Below, piece by piece: positions 52,763 through 62,906 of a stretch of 64,000 nucleotides of DNA. The notes beneath the pieces were generated by a model. That model was not told the DNA's origin, ran no database searches, and worked only from the letters and a program-made list of their open reading frames with translations. Each line of letters starts with the position of its first letter. The first letter of the stretch is position 1. The DNA comes from Candidatus Woesearchaeota archaeon (GTDB lineage: Archaea > Nanobdellota > Nanobdellia > SCGC-AAA011-G17 > JACPNG01), in the NCBI GenBank assembly GCA_017609525.1, contig JAFCDT010000002.1:4885-68884 (forward strand). Reading direction: 5' to 3'. A program made the position numbers and the translations under genes.

Positions 52763-53248
52763 ATGGATAAATTAAATAAAAAAGAGGGAATTAGTTCTGA
52801 TAAAGACTTTGAAAAATTAAAAAAAATATTAAGCTCCTTAGAAATAAAGTATAAGAAAACTAAAAAAGAAATTCTCAATTTGATTGAAGAAATGGAAACA
52901 ATGCCTGTTTCAATCTTTAATAACACTAAGCTTTCCATACCAGAATCAATTGTTAAGTATTTTGTTGAAGAAAAAAATTACAAATATAGTAAGATTTCTA
53001 AGATCATCAAACGGGACCAAAGGACTGTTTGGGGCTTTTATAACAAAGCTAGGAAGAAATTTCCTAAAAAGTTGAAAATTAATGATTCTAAATTAATTCC
53101 TGTTTCAATTTTTAGTAAAAAAAGCTTGCTAGAAACTATTGCGATTTATCTTAAGAAAAATTTTGATTTAAGTTACCATGATGTTGCTGTTTTACTTAAT
53201 AGAGATGATAGAACGATTTGGACTGTTTGTAATAGGAAGAAAAAATGA
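52763..53248 (+). CDS. Tandem-repeat helix-turn-helix protein, putative transcription regulator
   Basis: Two copies of PVSIF...E.I..Y......Y..I...(I/L).RD.RT(V/I)W...N. Confidence 0.78.
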   Translation: MDKLNKKEGISSDKDFEKLKKILSSLEIKYKKTKKEILNLIEEMETMPVSIFNNTKLSIPESIVKYFVEEKNYKYSKISKIIKRDQRTVWGFYNKARKKFPKKLKINDSKLIPVSIFSKKSLLETIAIYLKKNFDLSYHDVAVLLNRDDRTIWTVCNRKKK

Positions 53249-56200
53249 ACGAAAGTATCAAGGCAATTATGATTAGTATAATGGTTTTCGTAGTGTTAAG
53301 TGGGCTAATTTATGGTGCCTTTATCTTTACGAGTTATACGGGTTTTGCTGTTAAGGAAATAGTAAGCATTCCTTATGAAGAAGGATTTGAAAATGGAACC
53401 ATAAAGGTAAGTTTAAATGAAACTATTTGGGAGTTTGAAGTTCAAGAACTTGTTAAAGATAAAGATATCATTTTGAATTTAACTAGTCTGGAAACTAATG
53501 AATATGGAGAATTATATATCGACATCATTGTTAATGGAACTGTTGTTGAAAGTAAAAAAGTGATTATTGAAGGAAAGGAAGAAAAACCTTTTGTTACAGA
53601 AGAAGTTAATGAGACAGTTGAAGAAAAATTTTCTGAAGCTAATAATAGTGCTTTTGGAGAAATAAATGTGTCTGTTGAGGAAATTAACAAAACTATTGGG
53701 CTGGTTAATAAGACAGTTGAAGAATCTGATAATGAGATTGTAAATCAAACAGAACCACTAAGAAAGATCAATAAAACCTTAGAAATAAATGAAACGGTTG
53801 AAGAAGTTAATATTACTCTACCAAAAAATATTACTGAAAATTTGAATGAATCTAAGGTAGTAGATAAAGTTTCTATTGTAGAAGAGACAGAAGAAGTAAT
53901 ACAACCTTTAGTTGTGATAAATCAGCCAGTTAGGTGGGTTAAAAAGGTTAGATTAGAGAATTATTCAAATAGTCTTACTGTTGAGGTTCCTAAAGAAGCA
54001 AAGAACATTAGTGTTAAAAAAATTGAAGATGGAAAGGGAAGAGCAATTGAAGAGAAAAAAATCAAGGTTAAAGAAAAAGGAGAAATTAAAGACTTAGAAG
54101 AATTTAATACAATAACTGCGCAGGCGGTCGCTGTTGGTTCTGGCAAACCTTATTTAAGAAACTTTTTCGACTTGATTTCGAAATTTATTAATTCTTTACT
54201 CAAAAAACCCGCAGTAACTGGATTAGTTACTGGTGAAGATAAAGGAACTAAAGAGGTTATTATTGGAGAGTCTGTTAAGGAAGTAGAAATCAAGTATGAA
54301 ATTCCTGGTCCAGGTGTAATAGAATCAGACAAGGCAGATGGTAAGATCATAACAATATTTTCTGAGATTCACTATGAGAATATATTAGCATATACAGAAG
54401 TAGAAGAAACGGATCCAGAGGGTATAAAACTTTACTGGAAACAAAATGGTTCTAGTATTTTGGTTGAAAATGTGGATTACCTAGATGAAAATCAAAATGG
54501 ATTGATAGATAAAATCCAGTGGATTGTTCCACATTTAAGCAATCAGACATATGAGATTGATTTAATTGTTTTAAATGTTCAGAGTTATCCTTATGTTGGG
54601 GGCAATTGGACAGTAAAATTTAACACTACCGGAATAGCAAATTTAACGATAAGTGCATTTAATGGTACTACTTTTGAAGATTATCATAATGATAGCGTGA
54701 TTCATGATTTAGAATTTTTAGAGTTAAGATGTGGCTCTGAATTAATTGCTAATAATCTTACTGCTAATAATAGTTTATTTGTTTCAGATTATAGTTGTAC
54801 AAGTACTAGCTTTGAAACAAGTAAAGTTTTAACACCAGGTGACCACTATATTAAATTTGAGTTTGGACCAATAACTAAATATGCAAAAAACCTTGCTGGT
54901 GAATTTGGAGGGTTGGCTGGAGGAGGAAATGCTAGTGGTACAATGAATTTAATTACCGGTGCCTTTGGTTTTACTGGTTCTAACGAAACAACTGGATCAT
55001 ATACCACTATGCTGCATGGACTACTGAGTGTAGGAAAAAACATAACTTCTGGCGTTTATACATTAGGTTTAGGTTATATTTACATGCTTGATATTGTTCA
55101 GAAGGTTTTTGTTAACCTTGTTAGCCCCGCAGAAGGGGAAACAATTGCTACTGCTACTTTTATTTATATTCCAAACGCTGATGAAATACACAGTTGTAGT
55201 TTGTATGGTAATTGGACCACTGGTTGGCATGCCAATCAAACTGATTATTCTATAGCATTAAGTTCCACTAACCAGTTTACACTAGGTGAATTAGAAGAAG
55301 GCAGGTTTCAGTGGAATGTTATGTGCAACAATAGCCAGGGGGATTTTTTTGCAGAAAACAATTATACTTTTGTACTAAACCGTGTACCAAGTGTGCCAGA
55401 CTTGAATGAACCTTTAAATAACAGCATGTGGAATAGTAGCATTCCTGAACTTAATTGGTCCAACAGCACAGATACAACAGGAGATGATATATTTTATTAT
55501 TTGGAAATTGATGATTCAATAGCTTTTGATAGTGTGGATTATGCAAATAGTACAATAAAAGAAAATGTAAATACAACATCGGATCTTCCTAGCGGACTAG
55601 TTGCAGGAAACTATTGGTGGAGGGTTTTAGCTTATGATGGCAACGCAAACTCTTCATGGTCAGAGGTAAGAAATTTATCAATAAGATTTAATGATGCTCC
55701 TAGTGTTCCTGAATTATTTTTGCCATATAACGATACACAAATAACAGATAGGACTCCTACTTTTAGCTGGAGCAATTCTACTGATCCAGATGGAGATACT
55801 ATCACATATCACATTCAAATAGATGGAGTTATAGACTTTTCAAGTCCTGAGGTGGATGGTTTTGATGTAGGGGGCATTGCTGAAACTGCAAATACAACAA
55901 ACTGGACTGCAACATCTGATTTGCAACAATTAGACACAGAGTACTTTTGGAGGGTTAGAGCGTATGATGGAATTGCTTATAGCAATTGGTCTGAAATAAG
56001 GAATTTTTCGATTGCCAGTACAGTGATTATCACTCTTCCAACAGACAGCATAAACTTTACTGTTGCTAATCCAGGGGATAGTGACGACACTAGTGATGAT
56101 TCCCCTACTCCGATTGTAATAAGAAATAGCGGAAATACTGGTGCTGATGTTAATATCAGTTTGGCCTCTGGGAGCACTGGTCTTTGGGCAAGCAAAGTAA

Positions 56201-56457
56201 GTCCTACGAGTTATTTTCAATATAAAATAGATAATAAGACAGGAGAGGAGGGGGCTTTTAACTGGTCGGATTCTATTACTGGATGGACCGATGTTGATGT
56301 TGCTAACTCAAGTTACAAAATTAGAAATCTTAACTATAGTGATTCTACTGATGAAGCAGAGTTAGACATTAAAATTATTGTGCCAAATGATGAACCTTCT
56401 GGGGAAAAGTCGGCAAGTTTGGTTATAACGGGGGCGATTACAAGTGAAATCCCATAA
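53245..56457 (+). CDS. Large surface protein with FN3/Ig-like domains and a C-terminal pilin-like domain
   Basis: N-terminal TM, many N-x-S/T sequons, two WSNSTD...Y(W/F)WRV.AYDG...WSE repeats, C-terminal domain homologous to 58359-58979. Confidence 0.82.
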   Translation: MNESIKAIMISIMVFVVLSGLIYGAFIFTSYTGFAVKEIVSIPYEEGFENGTIKVSLNETIWEFEVQELVKDKDIILNLTSLETNEYGELYIDIIVNGTVVESKKVIIEGKEEKPFVTEEVNETVEEKFSEANNSAFGEINVSVEEINKTIGLVNKTVEESDNEIVNQTEPLRKINKTLEINETVEEVNITLPKNITENLNESKVVDKVSIVEETEEVIQPLVVINQPVRWVKKVRLENYSNSLTVEVPKEAKNISVKKIEDGKGRAIEEKKIKVKEKGEIKDLEEFNTITAQAVAVGSGKPYLRNFFDLISKFINSLLKKPAVTGLVTGEDKGTKEVIIGESVKEVEIKYEIPGPGVIESDKADGKIITIFSEIHYENILAYTEVEETDPEGIKLYWKQNGSSILVENVDYLDENQNGLIDKIQWIVPHLSNQTYEIDLIVLNVQSYPYVGGNWTVKFNTTGIANLTISAFNGTTFEDYHNDSVIHDLEFLELRCGSELIANNLTANNSLFVSDYSCTSTSFETSKVLTPGDHYIKFEFGPITKYAKNLAGEFGGLAGGGNASGTMNLITGAFGFTGSNETTGSYTTMLHGLLSVGKNITSGVYTLGLGYIYMLDIVQKVFVNLVSPAEGETIATATFIYIPNADEIHSCSLYGNWTTGWHANQTDYSIALSSTNQFTLGELEEGRFQWNVMCNNSQGDFFAENNYTFVLNRVPSVPDLNEPLNNSMWNSSIPELNWSNSTDTTGDDIFYYLEIDDSIAFDSVDYANSTIKENVNTTSDLPSGLVAGNYWWRVLAYDGNANSSWSEVRNLSIRFNDAPSVPELFLPYNDTQITDRTPTFSWSNSTDPDGDTITYHIQIDGVIDFSSPEVDGFDVGGIAETANTTNWTATSDLQQLDTEYFWRVRAYDGIAYSNWSEIRNFSIASTVIITLPTDSINFTVANPGDSDDTSDDSPTPIVIRNSGNTGADVNISLASGSTGLWASKVSPTSYFQYKIDNKTGEEGAFNWSDSITGWTDVDVANSSYKIRNLNYSDSTDEAELDIKIIVPNDEPSGEKSASLVITGAITSEIP

Positions 56458-56926
56458 ATGGTTTGTGATCCTGAATATCGCGTTTGTGATTTTAATAGTT
56501 GGAACAATCTTTTATATCACTCCAAGGGGGCCGGAAGGAAAAATCTACGATCGGCGTCCCTTGTTTAGTTGGACTGGTTATGCAACTAAATTGATAATCG
56601 ATGATAATCCGGATTTTTCCAGTCCGCAAGTCATTGACCTAAAAGGAAGAGATTATCAATTTAAAGAAAATCTTGATTTGGGGGATTATTTCTGGAAATT
56701 AAAGGGGCTTTATGAAACCAAACCCAAGAAATTTAATTTAGAGTCTGAGGTGGCAATAAAACTGTACAAGACTGAATCTTTGAATCTAGAAAACGATGGC
56801 AATACTCGACTGAATGTTACTATTGAAGAACATGATTCTGGGGTGACTGGTCAGATTGTTCTTGATTTGGGGGAAATTGCTGTTGTGAAAGAAAATTCGG
56901 ACATTAAAGCAAAGCAAGATGAATAA
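56444..56926 (+). CDS. Membrane-anchored protein, FN3-like part plus truncated pilin-like domain
   Basis: TM; DRRPLFSW...IDDNPDFSSP...YFWKL; ESEVAIKL...ENDGNTRLNVTI. Confidence 0.72.
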   Translation: MKSHKWFVILNIAFVILIVGTIFYITPRGPEGKIYDRRPLFSWTGYATKLIIDDNPDFSSPQVIDLKGRDYQFKENLDLGDYFWKLKGLYETKPKKFNLESEVAIKLYKTESLNLENDGNTRLNVTIEEHDSGVTGQIVLDLGEIAVVKENSDIKAKQDE

Positions 56927-58118
56927 GAAATTATGGTTGGGAATTGTAGCAATTTTGATAGTTTCAAGTATCAATGTTTTTGCAATAGGAATTAGTCCAG
57001 GTAAAACAATTTTAGATTTTTCGCCAAACACCCAACAAGACATTGTATTCAGGGTGCTAAATAATGAAAAAAAAGAGATGGATGTTTTGTTATATGTGGG
57101 AGAAAGTGAATTAAGTGATATTGTTACCCTCTATGATTCTATTATTAGCTTTAAATCTGAAGAAGAAAGTAAAGAATTCAGATACACTGTGAATTTTCCT
57201 GACAAAATTGACACTCCCGGAGATCATGAAATACAAATTATTGCTTTAGAGATTCCCAAAGGTACAAAAGGAAATAATTTTGTTGGTGCTACTGCTGCTG
57301 TTGCAACCATCCTAAAAGTCAGGGTCCCATATCCTGGAAAATATGCGAAAATTGAATTAGCGGTTTCTGATGCTAAAGTCGGAGAAGAAATGACTTTTGT
57401 TGTTCCTGTCTGGAATCTGGGAACAGATGATATTATTAATGCCCAAGCAAGTATTGATATCTTGGGGCCTACTAATGAAAAAATTGCTACGCTTAGTACA
57501 GAAAAAAAAGGGATTAAATCCAAAAGCAAGAGCGAATTAGTTGCAAAATGGGAAGCAGATACAAATGCCGGCAAGTATTTTGCTGTGGCTACTTTAACAT
57601 ATGATGGAAAAACTGCAAGGGCTGAAAAAATTTTTGCCTTAGGTGATCTGTTTATTGATATTATTGATATTAATGTTAAAAACTTTAATTTGGGTGAAGT
57701 AGCTAAATTTAATATTTTAGTTGAAAATAAATGGAATGATTTAATCACAAATATTGTTCCAGAAATTAAGATTAGTGATAAGAATGGCAATGAAGTTGCT
57801 GTATTTAAAGGAGCAGGAGCGGATGTAGATGCTTTAAGTAAAGCAGAATTAAATGCATATTGGGATACTGAAGGAGTTAAAGAAGGAGTTTATGATGGTA
57901 AAGCAATTTTGCATTATTCTGGAAAGACTACAGAAAAACAACTTAAAACAGATATTAGTTTAAATGGAATTAAGGTTTCATTTTTGGGACAGACCGCTCA
58001 AGTTGTTAGGGGAGGAGCAGGTGTTGGAAGGAACTCTGTATTAGTGATTTTAGTTATGATCTTAATTATTATAAATGTGGGTTGGTTTATATATATCAAA
58101 AGGATGAAAAGAGGATAG
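56919..58118 (+). CDS. Secreted three-Ig-domain protein with C-terminal TM (DUF916/WxL-interacting-like architecture), paralogue 1
   Basis: Signal, GISPGKTILDFSPN, VGATAAVATILKVRVPYPGKY, AKFNILVENKWN, C-terminal TM with basic tail. Confidence 0.75.
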   Translation: MNKKLWLGIVAILIVSSINVFAIGISPGKTILDFSPNTQQDIVFRVLNNEKKEMDVLLYVGESELSDIVTLYDSIISFKSEEESKEFRYTVNFPDKIDTPGDHEIQIIALEIPKGTKGNNFVGATAAVATILKVRVPYPGKYAKIELAVSDAKVGEEMTFVVPVWNLGTDDIINAQASIDILGPTNEKIATLSTEKKGIKSKSKSELVAKWEADTNAGKYFAVATLTYDGKTARAEKIFALGDLFIDIIDINVKNFNLGEVAKFNILVENKWNDLITNIVPEIKISDKNGNEVAVFKGAGADVDALSKAELNAYWDTEGVKEGVYDGKAILHYSGKTTEKQLKTDISLNGIKVSFLGQTAQVVRGGAGVGRNSVLVILVMILIIINVGWFIYIKRMKRG

Positions 58119-58156
58119 AAAAACTTAAAAATATTGAATATCAGATAGGATACAGA

Positions 58157-58369
58157 ATGGTCAAAAAAAGGGGCAAAAAAAAGGTTTCTAAAAATTTGTT
58201 AGCCATACTTTTAGTTATTGCAATTTTGTTATCTGTTGTAGGGACCTATATGGCTATTTACAATGCCAATGTTGTAAGGGTAATTGAGATTGAGCCCGCT
58301 TCCTTGGGAAAGGTCGGGGTTTATGTTAACAATCCAGAACTCCCCGCAGGAGATGAAGGTGGCGGATAA
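58157..58369 (+). CDS. Small TM protein with a single extracellular beta-strand
   Basis: KKVSKNLLAILLVIAILLSVVGT matches the N-terminus of the next gene; then SLGKVGVYV. Confidence 0.72.
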   Translation: MVKKRGKKKVSKNLLAILLVIAILLSVVGTYMAIYNANVVRVIEIEPASLGKVGVYVNNPELPAGDEGGG

Positions 58370-58979
58370 AAAAGAAGTTTCCAATGGGGTCTTAGTAGCT
58401 TTAGCTGGAATTGCCATAATTGTTTCTTTAGTAGGCATACTTACAATGATTGGTAAGCCAATGCCAATTCTTGGTGCTGTTGTGGGTACTGTAAATGTTA
58501 CCATAAATGAAAGTGTTGGTATAAGTTTGGTTACTGAAAGTATTAACTTTACAACTTCAGGTATAAACGATGTGAAAGACACGACGACTGCGACAGATGT
58601 TCAGGGTTGTAGTGCTGCTCCTTGTGGATTCAATATCACAAACGATGGGAGCATCAATATCAACATTAGTATAGATGTAACCTCGGATATGTTTGTAAGC
58701 TCTAGTACAAATGCTAGTTCATTTATGTGTAATGCTACTAACTTTGATTCAAATAGTAATGCCTCTGCACAAGGGTGGACAGGAGATTGCACATACGCAG
58801 AATGGGTAGACTGCAGAGATGGTCAGGCAGTTGAAACTGGCAATTGTTTTGCTGATATTAATTTTACAGATGGTGCTGATACTGTTTACTTAGAGGTACA
58901 AATCGCGGTTCCAGATGCAGAACCTTCTGGGGATAAGCAGGCATCAATTACATTTACTGGAACTAGTGCTGGAACTTAA
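58359..58979 (+). CDS. Putative major fibre/pilin subunit (single beta-sandwich)
   Basis: EVSNGVLVALAGIAIIVSLVG TM; GTVNVTINESVGISLVTESINF; ITNDGSININISI; VPDAEPSGDKQASITFTG; six Cys; SD AGGAG before GTG. Confidence 0.72.
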   Translation: MADKKEVSNGVLVALAGIAIIVSLVGILTMIGKPMPILGAVVGTVNVTINESVGISLVTESINFTTSGINDVKDTTTATDVQGCSAAPCGFNITNDGSININISIDVTSDMFVSSSTNASSFMCNATNFDSNSNASAQGWTGDCTYAEWVDCRDGQAVETGNCFADINFTDGADTVYLEVQIAVPDAEPSGDKQASITFTGTSAGT

Positions 58980-59022
58980 TTATTTAGAAAGTTTTATATA
59001 AAAAGTTTTGTTTAAAGTTCTT

Positions 59023-60129
59023 ATGAAAAGGGGTTTTTTATTTGTGTTATTCTTTTTGTTTTTGGCTAATTCTGTTTTTGCTATTCTAATCACTCCTGCT
59101 AGTTTGGAGATGGAATTTGCTCCGAACAAAGAGTATGATTGTAGTTTTATTGTTAGAGTAAATAAACAAACCGACTTACTGGTATATGCCCGTGGAGAGC
59201 TAAATCAAAGTGTGAGTTTTTCTAAGAATAAACTAAAAGCTGTTCCTGGTGAATGGAATAGTGTGGGGTGCAAAATAAAAATGCCTCAGGATATGAAACC
59301 AGGGTTAAACAAAAATTTTGTTGGAGTTGTAGAAGATACTAGTGGCAAGGGGGTTGTTGGAGGTGTGACTGGCGTGGAGGTCACATTATTTATAAGAAAA
59401 CCTTACCCTGGGAAATACTTAGAATTAGAGAAATTTGAAGCCAATAATGCAGAAATAAATGAAAAAGTTAATTTTTTAATTGAGGTTATTAATAGGGGAA
59501 AAGAAAAAATAAACAATGCCTTTGCATTGATAGAAGTGTATGATAAAGATAAAAAAATTGATCAGGTTGAATCAAATCATATTGAGATTGTTAGTAATGG
59601 TGTTTTTAAAGCAGAATGGAAAACAAGTGTGGCGGGAAGATATAAAGCTTTGGCAAGAATAAATTATGATGGCTCTATTTTAGAAGAAAAAAAGAATTTT
59701 AATGTAGGAGAGCGTTTAGCTAAGATTCTAAATATTTCTGATGCAAAGGTAAAAAAAGGAGACATTGCTAAATTTGATATCAATATTCAAAGTTATTGGA
59801 ATGAAATAATAAAAGATGTCTACTTAGAGTTAAAGGTGGTTGGGCAAGAGGTGAATTCTAGGACAGAGTCCATATCCTTGGGTCCTTGGGACAGTAGGAC
59901 CATTACTGGTTTCTTGGAGACTTCTTCGCTAGAAGAAGGGGAATATGAAGTTGATGTTACTTTAAATTATGATGATAAATATTCAGAAGCTAAAACGAGT
60001 TTGGTGGTAACAAAGGGGTTTAGTCTCTCTGTGACTACAATTGTTCTAATCGTAATTATAGCTATCCTTATCTTGCTGGTTATTATTAATATTGTTATGT
60101 TTAAGAAAAAATGGAAAAAAAGAAAGTAA
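59023..60129 (+). CDS. Secreted three-Ig-domain protein with C-terminal TM, paralogue 2
   Basis: LITPASLEMEFAPN, VGGVTGVEVTLFIRKPYPGKY, AKFDINIQSYWN, C-terminal TM. Confidence 0.75.
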   Translation: MKRGFLFVLFFLFLANSVFAILITPASLEMEFAPNKEYDCSFIVRVNKQTDLLVYARGELNQSVSFSKNKLKAVPGEWNSVGCKIKMPQDMKPGLNKNFVGVVEDTSGKGVVGGVTGVEVTLFIRKPYPGKYLELEKFEANNAEINEKVNFLIEVINRGKEKINNAFALIEVYDKDKKIDQVESNHIEIVSNGVFKAEWKTSVAGRYKALARINYDGSILEEKKNFNVGERLAKILNISDAKVKKGDIAKFDINIQSYWNEIIKDVYLELKVVGQEVNSRTESISLGPWDSRTITGFLETSSLEEGEYEVDVTLNYDDKYSEAKTSLVVTKGFSLSVTTIVLIVIIAILILLVIINIVMFKKKWKKRK

Positions 60130-60524
60130 TCTTCTTATTTAGTGGAATTGCTATTGTCATCTTTTTCCTATTTATCTTTTTTTATAATTTCTTTTTTGTT
60201 CTGGGCGTGAAAAACATTGATTTTTCTATTAAAGTAGGAGATACAATTGGATTAAATGTTGATACTGACAAATTGTATTTTGGTACTGTTCCAAGAGGGG
60301 GAACAGCTGATAGGGGCATCCTAGTAAAAAACGAAGAACATTCCTTGGTTAAAACTAATATAAAAGTGCAGAGCGATATTAAAGACTGGCTGTATGTTAA
60401 TAACAATAATTTCTTTTTAAAAAAAGATGAGAAAAAAGATATTAATTTTAAGGTTAAGGTGCCTTTGGATGCTGAATATGGGGAATATGATGGACAGATA
60501 ATCCTTATTTTTACCCGGTTCTAG
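60111..60524 (+). CDS. TM-anchored small Ig/pilin-like protein
   Basis: IGLNVDTDKLYFGTVPRGG...KVPLDAEYGEYDGQIILIF. Confidence 0.72.
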   Translation: MEKKKVIFLFSGIAIVIFFLFIFFYNFFFVLGVKNIDFSIKVGDTIGLNVDTDKLYFGTVPRGGTADRGILVKNEEHSLVKTNIKVQSDIKDWLYVNNNNFFLKKDEKKDINFKVKVPLDAEYGEYDGQIILIFTRF

Positions 60525-60563
60525 AAATCTATATAAATAACCATACTCTAATTTTATCTAACA

Positions 60564-62321
60564 ATGAAAGAGGTTCCAGATAAGTTACTGTTATTTTTAT
60601 ACATAACTTTTATTTTCACATTTCTAATTGGTTTGATATTAATTGTTACTAATGCTCCTCTATTTTTAAGTATAATCACTGGAAAAGTTGCAAGTACTGG
60701 TTTGGTTGGTTTATGTGTGGGTGTTACTCCTGCCATAAGCAGCATAGGGTATCAGGAAGGTTTTGTTGATACAGAATTTTATTATGATGTTGAAGCTTCT
60801 GCCGGAGATGATCCTATAAGTTTTAGTGATGATAGTGATTTGTTTGTTATTGATGCAGACAGCGGGGAAATCAATTTTACTCCAAGTTCTACAGATAAAG
60901 GCAACTATTCGATAACTATCACAGTAACCAACACTATTTGTGCTGACGGGGGTCCAACTGCTGAGGAAGTGTTTACACTTGAAATTAAGTCTGAACCACC
61001 TGTTTTGGATCCCATAGGAAATCAGACACTTACAGAAGATGTGGCTTATTACTATGATGTCAATGCTTCTGATCCTGACCCCGGAGATAATGCAAGCTTA
61101 GTATTTTTAGATGACACTGGTTTGTTTGATATTAATGAAAGCACTGGAATTATTAGTTTTACTCCTGTAAATGATGATGTGGGGGTTCATGAAGTTAGAA
61201 TAACTGTTACTGATCCTAGCGGAGCTTCTGATTTCGAAGACCTTAATTTTACTGTGGAGAATGTAAATGATGCTCCTGTATTAGATGAGATCCCTAATTT
61301 TACTGTTGCTGATGCAATAAGTGAAGATGTTGAATTCTACTATGATGTAAATGCAACTGACATAGATGTTGGTGATATTTTGAGGTATACTGATAATACT
61401 CCGCTATTTGTGATTGGTGAAACTTTTGGAATAATACAGTGGACACCAAGCAATGCGCAAATTGGTAATTATTCAATAACGATTTATGTTGATGATGGTG
61501 AAGCATTAGACTCTCAGGTGTTTAATGTTGAAGTGCTGGCAGTTGATGATCGTCCAATCTTAGAACCAATTGGTGCCCAGACTGCTGATGTAAATGTTAG
61601 TTTCTTTTTGGATGTTGAAGCTTCTGATGAAGAAGATGGGGATGAGTCAACTGGAAATCTTACATTTAGTGACAATACTACTTTGTTTAATATTAGTTCT
61701 AGCAATGGACAAATAAACTTTACTCCTACAGATAGTGATATTGGCACATATAATATAAATATAAGTGTTAATGATTCTACTGGCCAGGTTAGTTCTGAAG
61801 TGATATCTTTTACTGTGGCAGTAATTAATGATGCTCCAACTATTGATTCTTATGTTCCAACTGATTTAACTCCTTCAGTAGATGAAGGTGATACTTTATT
61901 CTTCAATATAACAATGTCTGATCCTGATGGGTCTGATCCTGATGGAACAACCCCGAGTGTCCAGTGGTATTTAGATGCGGCCGCTATAAGTGGAGAAACC
62001 AACATGCATTATAATTATAATCCTAATTTTGACTCACAAGGGACACATAATATGACTGTAATCATTACAGATGGATCTTTATATGACTCTGTGGAATGGA
62101 TAGTAACTGTAAATAATGTGGTACAGGTTGATAAAGGTCCTTCTGGTGGAGGGGGTGGTGGAGGAAGCAAGGGTTGTAGTGAAAGGTGGAATTGTAGTGA
62201 TTGGAGTCCTTGTCAGTATCCTGGAATACAAATCAGAACATGCAGTGATATGAAAAATTGTGGTACAACCCGATTTAAGCCTGGCGAGAGAAAACGGTGT
62301 GAATTTTTGATGGAATATTAA
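60564..62321 (+). CDS. Cadherin/putative-Ig repeat surface protein, N-terminal part
   Basis: TM, ITGKVASTGLVGLCV, four to five YYDVNASD...LFDIN..TG.I.FTP...VNDAP repeats, Gly linker, WNCSDWSPC...QIRTC module. Confidence 0.85.
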   Translation: MKEVPDKLLLFLYITFIFTFLIGLILIVTNAPLFLSIITGKVASTGLVGLCVGVTPAISSIGYQEGFVDTEFYYDVEASAGDDPISFSDDSDLFVIDADSGEINFTPSSTDKGNYSITITVTNTICADGGPTAEEVFTLEIKSEPPVLDPIGNQTLTEDVAYYYDVNASDPDPGDNASLVFLDDTGLFDINESTGIISFTPVNDDVGVHEVRITVTDPSGASDFEDLNFTVENVNDAPVLDEIPNFTVADAISEDVEFYYDVNATDIDVGDILRYTDNTPLFVIGETFGIIQWTPSNAQIGNYSITIYVDDGEALDSQVFNVEVLAVDDRPILEPIGAQTADVNVSFFLDVEASDEEDGDESTGNLTFSDNTTLFNISSSNGQINFTPTDSDIGTYNINISVNDSTGQVSSEVISFTVAVINDAPTIDSYVPTDLTPSVDEGDTLFFNITMSDPDGSDPDGTTPSVQWYLDAAAISGETNMHYNYNPNFDSQGTHNMTVIITDGSLYDSVEWIVTVNNVVQVDKGPSGGGGGGGSKGCSERWNCSDWSPCQYPGIQIRTCSDMKNCGTTRFKPGERKRCEFLMEY

Positions 62322-62833
62322 ACCAAGATGAAATTTTGGTAGATTGTGGTGGAGTTTGTAAAGCTTGTCCTACTTGTGATGATGGAATTAAAAATCAAGG
62401 AGAGGTGGAGATAGATTGCGGTGGACCATGTCCTGGTTGTCCTAAAACAGAAAAACCCTCTAGATTGGTTACAATTTTATGTGGAAATGGTCAAATAGAC
62501 AGAGTTGGTGAGATATTTACATGCTTCAAGGATAGTTGGTATATCTGGTTAATTGTCTTGGTTGTCATTTTATTACTCTTATTAAGAAAAAGAATAAAGA
62601 AAGCTAAGAAATCTTTAGAATTTACAAACCTAGATAGAGAGAGGATTGGTAGGATAAAAAGATTGATTAAGGTTGCTGATCTGGCCTTGAGAGAAAAGCA
62701 AATCAGTAAACTAAAAGTTACTTGCGATAGAATTGAGATTCTATACAATGGTTTACAAAGTGAGAGAAGCAAGAGAAAAGTCTATAGAAAGATTAAGAAA
62801 CTTAATAATAGGATAAATAATTTTAAATCTTAG
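62306..62833 (+). CDS. Frameshifted C-terminal part of the cadherin-like protein (Cys repeats, TM, cytoplasmic helices)
   Basis: Frame open from ~62303: FDGILNQDEILVDCGGVCKACPTCDDGIKNQGEVEIDCGGPC; TM; helical tail. Confidence 0.72.
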   Translation, partial: FDGILNQDEILVDCGGVCKACPTCDDGIKNQGEVEIDCGGPCPGCPKTEKPSRLVTILCGNGQIDRVGEIFTCFKDSWYIWLIVLVVILLLLLRKRIKKAKKSLEFTNLDRERIGRIKRLIKVADLALREKQISKLKVTCDRIEILYNGLQSERSKRKVYRKIKKLNNRINNFKS

Positions 62834-62906
62834 AAATCTTTATAAGTTAGTTATACTACATTTTTCTCAGTTATTTTATTTGTTATACTACAAAAAGAGG
62901 GATTTG

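Noticed and set aside
53245-60524. Type IV pilus/archaellum locus
   Set aside because: No class III signal peptide pattern, prepilin peptidase, assembly ATPase or TadC-like gene in the cluster
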